From contig OY970194.1 in assembly GCA_963708075.1 (NCBI GenBank), forward strand, positions 2,144,001-2,208,000: 64,000 bases of DNA. Reading direction: 5' to 3'. Shown here in pieces: positions 33,501 to 42,202 of this stretch (positions are counted from its first letter, which is position 1; each line of letters begins with the position of its first letter). The translations under genes and the position numbers were made by a program. The notes under the pieces were generated by a model. That model worked only from the letters and a program-made list of their open reading frames with translations. It ran no database searches and was not told where the DNA came from. This DNA comes from Sedimentisphaerales bacterium. GTDB taxonomy: Bacteria; Planctomycetota; Phycisphaerae; Sedimentisphaerales; Anaerobacaceae.

Positions 33501-35611
33501 GGCGAGGCGCGGACGAGGTCGAACTGACCGCTGCCATTGATCGCCGCGTTGTTGGTGACGAAACAATTGACGAACGTTGGCGAGGCATCGGTGCAACTGA
33601 CGCCGCCGCCCACGTTCATGCTGGTATTATTCCGGATGATGCAATCGCTGATGCTCGCTTCGCTCTGTTCGAAGTTCAAGCCGCCGCCGACGGCGAATTC
33701 GCCGAAGGCCGTGTTGTTGCTGATGACGCAATTGGTGATTTCCGGCGAGCCGGCGAAGCAATCGATGCCCGCGCCGTAGTCGCTCGCCTGGTTGTAACTG
33801 ATGATGCAGTGCGTGATGGTCGGAGAGGCGCCTTCGATGCGGATGCCGGCGCCGATGGCCGCTATGCCCCAACTGACAGTGAAGCCCTTGAGCACGCTGC
33901 CGCGTCCCTCGCCACTGGCGAATGTCACAACAGACCCTTCTGTGAACATGCCGAAGATGACGGTCGTGTCGGGATAAATGACCGGATCGGTCGGCGCCAG
34001 CGGGTTTCCGCTGCGCACGGTGATAGCCTTACCCTTGAAGTCGATGTGCTCGGGATAGATGGTGGTGCTGCCGGGCCTGCCCTCCGCAATGATCTCGTCT
34101 CCATCGACGGCCTCATCAATCGCCGTCTGGATCGAGAAGTAGAAATTGGAGGGATTCCGCGTGTTGATCACACGGGCAACTTGTCCCTGCGGCACGGCCT
34201 TGAGGGCCTTGGCCACGTTGAGACGTCCCTGCGACAGGCACAAGCCGGGCAGAACCGGGTCCACCGTCTGCATCAGCGCGTGCTTCACGCGATAGTGGGA
34301 CAGGTTGGGGGACTGCGACCAGAGCAGCGCGCATGCTGCTGAGACGTGCGGCGCCGCTACGGATGTGCCTGAGAGGGTCCCATACTTGGTCGTCACACCA
34401 TCCGCCTTCATGGCGGCCGTCTCTTCCGTCGGCGTCGTGCTCAAGACACCCTCGCCGGGCTCGCCAAGATCGACCGACCTCCGTCCATAGTTCGAGGTGG
34501 AAGCAAGCCGATCCTTGTTATTCGTGGCCAGGACCGAGATGATGTTGTACAACTCATAGCAGGCCGGATACACTGGAGAATTGTCGATGTTCCGCGAATC
34601 GTTGCCCGCGGCGGCCACGACCAGGACACCCTTCTTGCCGGCCTCCTCGATCGCGTTTCTCAGGCTCTCACTGTACTCCGTCGAGGCCCAGGAGGCGTTG
34701 ATGATCTTCGCCCCCGAGGCGACCGCGTACTCGATGGCGGCGACCGCGGCATTAAGGTTGACACCGTTGGCGTCGCCGACCTTCAGCGGCATCAGGCTGA
34801 CCTGCCAGCAGGTGCCGGCGATGCCCGTCGCGTTGTTCGCAGCGGCGCCGATAATGCCGGCCACGTAGGTGCCGTGGTATGCATCGTCCTTGAAGTCCAC
34901 CGTATCGGTCAGGAAGTTGTAACCATTGCGATCATCGATACGACCGTTGCCGTCATCATCCACGTCCGGCTTGCCCGTTTGCTCCTTGGCGTTCACCCAC
35001 AGGTTGGCCTTGAGGTCCGGATGCTCGGGGTCCATGCCGGTGTCGAGGATGGCGACGATAACGTTCCTCTTGCCGGTCTGGATGTCCCATGCCTCGGGCG
35101 CGTCGATATCCGCGTCCGCCAAACCGCCATCCTGGCCGGTGTTGTCCAAATTCCACTGAAGCTTGAAGTTCGGGTCGTTCGGCACACGCTGGAGCTGGTA
35201 GCGGTAGTTGGGCTCTGCGTACAGCACGTTTTCGCTGGCGGCAAATTGCAGCATTGCATCCGCGGCGGAGACGCCGGGCGGCAGTTTCACCAGGGTCAGT
35301 CCGGGCACGATCTCGTCGTACTGGCCCGCTACAGATGTCCCCTCCATGATCTCATTGGAGATCGTCTCGCGCACGGCGCGCGCAGTCCGAGGACCATACA
35401 GGTCCGAACGAGCAGACGTTAGATTATCCCCCGTGGCGAAGCGAACGAGCAATTCGCTCTGCCCATCCGAAGTGACGCCGCCATAGCCGATGGCGTCCCA
35501 CAAGGAAAGCGACAAATCATCCGCTGTCAAGGCCGTCCGAGCGCAAAAAACCAGCACCGAGCATACCAGTAACCGCCAGGTGCCGGAACGCCCCTGAGTT
35601 CGCTGTTTCAT
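18530..35611 (-). CDS. Giant secreted multidomain protein (~5690 aa): S8 subtilisin, repeated beta-helix/InlB-B-like modules, Gly-rich tracts, vWA, dockerin-like, 3x FN3-like; frameshifts at ~31975 and ~20129
   Basis: ORFs 31886..35629, 19473..31619 and 18530..20209 join into one frame by adding one G at ~31975 and removing one base at 20126-20132. Triad VAILDTG / YHGTYVAG / GTSVAAPHV; many GGAI/GGG...FxxN repeats; LDLVFLIDSTGSM (vWA); CDLERDGAIQFNDF...ADFTFDSRVNAIDL (dockerin-like); YRVKARD (FN3-like). Confidence 0.88.
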
Positions 35612-35712
35612 ATCTCCACTTCCGTTCAATTGTGCCTGCGTCTGTACAGCGTCTGTACTAAGGAACCCTCACATGCAGACTATCTCTATCTGCCAATGGA
35701 AGCCCATCCGCG

Positions 35713-38700
35713 TTAAAGTCCGCTCCCGGCCCCCGGACTCTCCTCCAATGCCGCGATCGCCTCTTGGTCCATCTCATCCTGCAGAATGATCGTCGGTTTG
35801 ACCAGGATCAGCAGGACTTTCTGATCGCGGACCGTGCTGCGGTTGGAGAAGAGCAAATTCACAATGGGGATTTTGCTGAGTATCGGCACTCCCGACTCCT
35901 TATCCACTGCCACCGTGATCTTGTGGCCGCCCAGCAGCAAGGTTCCCCGGTCGGGAACGCTCACACGAGTCATCACGTTGGCGGTCTCCGTCTCGGGAAC
36001 CTCCACCGGATACGTGAGGACCGTCGCGGCCGTGTTGGTGGTGGTGCCATTGGTCGTCGTTCCGCCGGCGTTTCCCGGAATAGGCGCCGAGACGATGTGC
36101 TGTTTGAAGCGAAGCAGGTCCGTCTGGGTCGTGATGATGTTCAGCAACACGTGTTTCCTGTCTTTGGTGATCGTCGGGGTGATCGTCAGGTTGCTGCCTA
36201 CCGGCTGGTACCCGATACTCTGAGGCGTGTAGATGCCCTGCGTCGAGAGGCCGCCGCTCAACGTGCCCTGCGTGCCCTGCGTCACCGTCGGGGGTAAGGC
36301 ATAGGAAATATAATCCTGGAGATAGAAGAACGCCGACTCCCCGCTCAACACCGTCACTTTCGGCGCCGAGAGCGACTCCGAGTCGGTCCGCGCCTGCGTA
36401 GCCCGAAGCAACAGGCTCGCCTGCAGATTGTCCAGAACCGAGCCGTAGCCGGCCTGCAGTCCCAGCGCCGGCGTGGAGCTGAGAACCCGGAATACTGCCC
36501 GACACATTCGTCTGCGTGGGCCGAACGTTCAGGAACGAATCCTGCTCCACTGTCACGACGCCCCAGTTGCCGCCGAAGTTGTACGAGAAGTCCAGATCCA
36601 GCCCGATGTCCTCCAGGAAGTTCTCCGTAACGGCGAGGAACCTCGCTTCGATGGAGACCTCGTTACCCAGGGACTTGCGAAGCTGATCGAGCATGTCCCG
36701 GATCTGCTGATGCACCTCGGGGGTCTGGTAGACCACCAGTTTCTTCGGCTGCTGATCCGGGTAGGGTGTGATCGTTCCCTCGCCGGTTTCACTGAGGTCA
36801 AACCAGGTATCCGGCTCGATTGTCTGCTCGATCAGATATCGGAGGCTCTGGGCCATGATACCGCTCATATAGCCGGTCATGCCCATGCCGCCGCCCATCA
36901 TCCCGCCGCCCATGCCGCCGCCCATCATGCCGCCGCCCATGCCACCCATCATCCCGCCGCCCATGCCGCCCATGCCGCCGCCGTAGCCGCCCATGCCGCC
37001 ACCCATGCCGCCACCCATGCCGCCCATGCCACCCATCATCCCGCCGCCCATGCCGCCCATGCCGCCGCCGTAGCCGCCCATGCCGCCACCCATCATCCCG
37101 CCGCCCATGCCGCCCATGCCGCCGCCCATGCCACCCATACCGCCGCCATAGCCGCCCATGCCGCCACCCATGCCACCCATCATCCCGCCGCCCATGCCTC
37201 CCATGCCACCCATCATCCCGCCGCCCATGCCGCCCATCATCCCGCCGCCCATCATCCCCATCATGCCCATCTGGCTTCCAATTTGAGCATAATTAGCGGG
37301 CTCGCCGACAAGATCGCTGATGTCGTAGACACGCGTTTCCATCTTCTTTGCAGGCAGCGAGTAGTTGGTGCCGACGGTGATCACGCCTCTGTTCACGATG
37401 TAGTCGAGCTGAATGTCCGCCTGTGGGTTGGACATCGCGTTGAGCAAGTTCTCCAGGGCAGTGCCCACCTTGACGCTCGGCAGGCCGTCCATACTGATCG
37501 GCGTGCTCGGCTCGATCAGGGCGTTCTCCGACAGATCGCGCCACAGGACAACGATGTTCAGCGGCGGCTCCACCGATTTCCTGACGATTTCAATAGCCTC
37601 GCTCAACGGCATCTCCGGCGTAAGCGCCGACAGATCGACAACCTTCTCGAGTTGGTCGTAAATGAGTATATTCGCCGGATCCAGTTGGATCGGCTCCTCG
37701 GGCTCGCGCGTCGGTTTCTCGATGATTTCACGCCATTCCTTGGGGTACGTCATTTCCTTGTGGTACGGAATCTTGGCCTCGTCAGCCTCGAGCAGGATGT
37801 TCGCCCGTTCCCTGGCGCCCAACCGGCGCATCTCGAGCTGCTTGCGCAGATAGATCGTATCTTCGGTCGCCTGCTTCATCCGCAGCGCCTCGTCGTGAAG
37901 AGGATCGATGGCGAGAATCATTTCAAGCTGACCGAGGGCCGCCTCATATCGCTGCTGCTGCTGATACGCCTTGGCGCGCTCCATCAGTTCATCGATTCTC
38001 TGCTTGCGATCGATCTCCGCCTGCTTGCGGAGGTCCTGCTGCGTCTGAGCTGCTTCCAGGCGTCTCTGCTCAACGAGTTGCTTGTCCCTGATCGCCTGTG
38101 CTTCGGCGATGCTCGCGTTGGCTTCCTCGCACTGCACGGTATACTGGCGATACAGTTCCTCGCCCAACTGGCCCTGATATTCATTCACGCGGCGCTGGGC
38201 ATCGAAGACGACCTCCCGGGCCTTGTCAAACTCGCCCTGGGCGAGACTTCTCTGGCACTGATTGACGGCGTTAGTGACAACCGCCTGGGTATGGCTGCGA
38301 ATGATGCTCCTTCGGCGATTGATTTCTCCAACGAAACCACCGGCGTCCGGCTCCGCCGGTACTGCTGCGGCCGGTTCACCTGCAGCCAGCGATGTCTGCG
38401 GCGCTGCGGGCGTCTGTGACATTGCGGATGTAGCCAGCAGCCGGTCAATAGCCTCGATGTAGTCCTCCGGGCGCTTGCCCTCGGCGGCTGTGAACTGTCC
38501 GCTGCGGGCCACTTCAACGAATCCCCGCCGAGCTCCCTCCAAATCACCGGCGGAATAGAGTTCCAGACTGCGGTTGTACAAGGCCTGAATGCGTCCGGCC
38601 TCGCCCTGTGCCGGACCGGCAGGCTCCGTGGCGGCGCGATACGGCATCGCCGTAGGTATCGGCGACGCAACGGGCAGCATCGAAGGCGCCGTTGGGGCCG

Positions 38701-39481
38701 TCACTCTCGTCTCCGGCTGCGGAGCGGCGATCGCTGTCTCTGCGTTGTCGATCTCCGCCAGGTACCCTCGGATTGTCGTAGCAACAGACGCCGGCAACCC
38801 CTCGCTCTTGAGCAGCTCGGTGAACCCCTGCCGGGCCTTCTTGAGATCGCGGGAATGGTAAGCGAGCATACTCTGGTAATACAACTCGCCGATCCGGTCC
38901 GTTTCCTGGGTCGTGACGCCACTCGGCGCAAGAGCGTTCTGAGTGTTCGCGCCGCTGTCCGGGGACGTGCCGGCCTGCGGGCTGACGCTGTCACTGGCCG
39001 TGCCGGTGATTCTCGACTGCCCCGACGTGCGCAGCAACTGCGCCACTTCGAGACGCTCATTCTCGCTCAGGAACGTGCTGCTCTGGATGCTCTCCAAACG
39101 AGCACGCCCGCGCGCGGTATCACCCTTGCGAAGCAAGTCCTGCCCGGCCTGCTTGGCTTCCAGTGCCTTCTTACGCTCCGCCGCTGCCCGGCTCGCTTTC
39201 TCCGCCAGAGACTGCAGCTTGCGCTGATCCAGAGGATCCAGACGATCCGCAAATTTCTGAGCTCCCTGGAACATCTTCTCCGCATCTGCATAGTTGCCGC
39301 GGTCGTACTGATATGTCCCCATTTGCATGTAACGTTGAGCGAAGTCACGCTCAGACGCATCATCATTGTTCTGCGATGGGCCCGCCTGGACAAAGGCTGT
39401 CGCGACAAGAAAGACCGATGCCAGGATGGTGGATGCGGACCCTCTCCGCAGAAACTTCGCGAATACTGTTGGCCTGTCCAA
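35713..39481 (-). CDS. Atypical secretin (GspD/PilQ superfamily, ~1255 aa) with TPR-like/coiled-coil N-terminus and GGM insertion; frameshift at ~36484
   Basis: TTG start with GGAGG RBS; signal peptide; RVYDISDLV, LVVYQTPEVHQQI, VSIEARFLAV, LSAPKVT, VSVPDRGTLLLGG, SGVPILSKIP, LLILVKPTII. Removing one base in GAGAACC joins the two ORFs. Confidence 0.9.
36866..37270 (-). repeat. Coding low-complexity Gly/Met (GGMGGGMM, GGY) repeat, ~135 aa
   Basis: CCGCCCATG-type tandem repeats on the + strand, in frame in the secretin. Confidence 0.95.
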
Positions 39482-39784
39482 AACCTAACCTCCTGCCAAT
39501 AAAATCATCACCCTTTTTACGGAAAGACCTTGCACAACCGTTACTTATTAAGTACCTCCAAGCGAAGGTCGTAGGCCCCAGTCATGCCTGTAATTTATTA
39601 AAATAGCGAATTTTTTGCAAGAGAAAAATTGCACCGCAGCTTGTTTGGCCGATAAAATCTAACATTTCCAGTACCAAACGCAAAGTCCCCCGATGCTTAG
39701 GGTGAAATTGGGGCCATGTAAAAGAGCGGATTATAGGCGCCCTGGGCAATAGGATGTGACAGAGACATATTGGAGCAGGCAATC

Positions 39785-40570
39785 ATGGAAGAGCCGCTTA
39801 TTCTGGCAGTGGAGACATCCAGCCGGGTCGGGTCCGTTGCCCTCGCCCAGGGACCGGCGTTGTTGGCACAGAGCACGTTCTCCGGACCCCTGCAACATAG
39901 TGCCGAAATCTTTCCTGCCATCAGTCAACTCCTGAACCGCTTTCATTTCGTGCCAGGCGACATTGCCCAAGTACATGTCGCTATCGGCCCCGGCAGTTTC
40001 ACAGGCCTGCGCATCGCAGTCACGATGGCCAAGGCCGCGCATCTGGCCAACGCGACGGCCATCGTGACGGTGGACTCGCTGGACGTCATTGCCGCCAACA
40101 TAGGGGACGTATCATCGGCCCCGGCGTTACAGGATTCCGGCGGCGTCCTGCTCGATCGTGTTGCGACGGTGCTGGACGCCAAGCGAGGGGAGTTCTATGC
40201 CGCCGTGTATCAGCGGGTCAGGCGAACGGACCAGACGGTCCCGGCGGGCGATGCAGGTTACCTGATCCCCGCGCCGCAGCAGCACGTTTGGCAAAAAATT
40301 GTGCCCGACTGCCTGATTACCGCCGAGGAGCTGGTTGAGAGATTCGGCGAGGATGGGCCACTTGGCGTGCTGGGCGATGGCCTGCTATACCACCGCGACC
40401 GGTTCATCTCCCATAATACCCGCATTTTTGACGAGCAGTACTGGAGCCCGCAGGCATCCAATGTGCATCACCTCGGCTATCAGAAGGCCCGGGCCGGCTT
40501 GTTTGCCGATCCGCTGACGCTGACCCCCTTCTACCTGCGAGGCCCCCTCGTAACACTCAAAAAATCGTGA
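39785..40570 (+). CDS. tsaB: tRNA threonylcarbamoyladenosine biosynthesis protein TsaB
   Basis: ILAVETS, HSAEI, GPGSFTGLRI, DAKRGEFY, PFYLR. Confidence 0.93.
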   Translation: MEEPLILAVETSSRVGSVALAQGPALLAQSTFSGPLQHSAEIFPAISQLLNRFHFVPGDIAQVHVAIGPGSFTGLRIAVTMAKAAHLANATAIVTVDSLDVIAANIGDVSSAPALQDSGGVLLDRVATVLDAKRGEFYAAVYQRVRRTDQTVPAGDAGYLIPAPQQHVWQKIVPDCLITAEELVERFGEDGPLGVLGDGLLYHRDRFISHNTRIFDEQYWSPQASNVHHLGYQKARAGLFADPLTLTPFYLRGPLVTLKKS

Positions 40571-40736
40571 ATCCCCTACTAGATATTTGTTCACTTGCCG
40601 CCGTCGCTGTGGTATAGATGAGGCGTTGACGGGCATTCGCATGAGAACTGTCTTCTTATGACACCGACTGAAGAGAACCCGGTGTGAACGGGAATGCCCC
40701 CCTAGAAATCTCGGATCTTTGCAAGGGGAATGCGAG

Positions 40737-41147
40737 ATGAACATCTATGTTGGGAACCTCTCCACTGACACCAGTGAGGATGAATTGCGACAGGCGTTCG
40801 AAGCCTTCGGCGAAGTCGCAAGCGTCCGAATCGTAAGGGACGGAGCCACCGGCGAGTCCAGAGGCTTTGGATTCGTCGAGATGCCCGCTGAGGAGCAGGC
40901 CAAGACCGCCATCCAGGAGATGAATGGCAAAGAACTCAAAGGCAGCGCACTGACGGTCGAACAGGGTCGCGCCCGACCGGCGGCCGGCGGCGGTGGTGGA
41001 AGACCTCCTCGCGGTCAAGGTCCTCGTCGCGGTCCCGGCGGCGGCGGCGGCAGGCCCGGTGGTCGTCCCGGTGGCGGCGGCGGACGCGGTGGTCCTTCTC
41101 GAGGCCCCAGCCGAGGACCGGACCGAGGCGGCAGACCTCGCTATTGA
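40737..41147 (+). CDS. RRM RNA-binding protein with Gly/Arg-rich tail
   Basis: NIYVGNLS (RNP2), RGFGFVEM (RNP1), RGG-like C-terminus. Confidence 0.95.
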   Translation: MNIYVGNLSTDTSEDELRQAFEAFGEVASVRIVRDGATGESRGFGFVEMPAEEQAKTAIQEMNGKELKGSALTVEQGRARPAAGGGGGRPPRGQGPRRGPGGGGGRPGGRPGGGGGRGGPSRGPSRGPDRGGRPRY

Positions 41148-41325
41148 TCGCTCGTACTGACGGGCAGCGGGTACCAACGCTCATTATTACGGTCATCAGG
41201 GCATGGAAGCCGGAGATTCGAGTTGGCATTTCTTGCCTGGGTAAATAGGAGTCACGCGAACCGAATGATCTCGTGATGCGGGGTCATTCGCCCGAGACAA
41301 CAGGTGGCGCAAGGAGTCTGTCGAC

Positions 41326-41793
41326 GTGGCGAGACAGAGCGCCGGGATACTGATGTACCGCAGGCGGGCCGGCCGGATGGAGGTGTTTCTCATCCATCCG
41401 GGCGGGCCATTCTGGTCCAGAAAGGACGATGGGGCGTGGTCTATCCCGAAGGGCGAGTTCACGTCCGAGGAGTTGCCGCTGGATGCTGCAAAGCGGGAAT
41501 TCCAGGAAGAGACAGGCTTCACGGTCTCCGGTGATCTTATTGCCCTCGAGCCCATCAAGCAGGCCGGCGGGAAGATCGTGCACGCCTGGATGGTCGAGGG
41601 CGACTGCGACGCCGCCGCTGTCAAGAGCAACGCATTCTCCATGGAATGGCCCCTTCACTCCGGCCAGTGGAAGACCTTCCCGGAGGTGGACTGCGCGGGT
41701 TGGTTCACACTCGAGCAAGCCGAGATGAAGATACTGAAAAGCCAGCGTCCCCTGCTCGATCAGTTCCGCCGACTGATCAAGGAGCAGGAATGA
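41326..41793 (+). CDS. NUDIX hydrolase
   Basis: HPGGPFW, WSIPKGE...AAKREFQEETG (Nudix box), FPEVD. Confidence 0.92.
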   Translation: MARQSAGILMYRRRAGRMEVFLIHPGGPFWSRKDDGAWSIPKGEFTSEELPLDAAKREFQEETGFTVSGDLIALEPIKQAGGKIVHAWMVEGDCDAAAVKSNAFSMEWPLHSGQWKTFPEVDCAGWFTLEQAEMKILKSQRPLLDQFRRLIKEQE

Positions 41794-42146
41794 GTCTCAC
41801 GGGAAGAAGCCGTATCGCCATTGGTCTGACTGCCTGCACACTGGTTGGCATCCTGATTGCCGCTATTCTACTGCTCCTTCACGGAACGTGGAGGTCAGGA
41901 ACTGCCGTGACCAACGTAATCGTGCAGATGCACAACGGCCGTCAGTCTGTAACCTGGACGCTCATCACTCACAATCTGGTCGGCATTCGGGTGACAGCAT
42001 CCGACCCTTCTTACTCCGGCACATGGGCTGACCAGGATATGTGGTCGCGGGGCAGTCACTGGGATGAAATCACAGTGACTGAGGAACTCCTGTATCCACT
42101 CAAGCGTTCAGACACGACTGAAGGGCGTAAGGAGAAAGCCGATTAG
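41790..42146 (+). CDS. Hypothetical protein with N-terminal membrane anchor
   Basis: ATGA overlap with the NUDIX gene; hydrophobic segment IAIGLTACTLVGILIAAILLLL. Confidence 0.5.
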   Translation: MSLTGRSRIAIGLTACTLVGILIAAILLLLHGTWRSGTAVTNVIVQMHNGRQSVTWTLITHNLVGIRVTASDPSYSGTWADQDMWSRGSHWDEITVTEELLYPLKRSDTTEGRKEKAD

Positions 42147-42202
42147 CGTGTCACCACCCCGAGGACCCTGACCACCACCGTTCCGCGGTTTCGCGGCACA
42201 GG

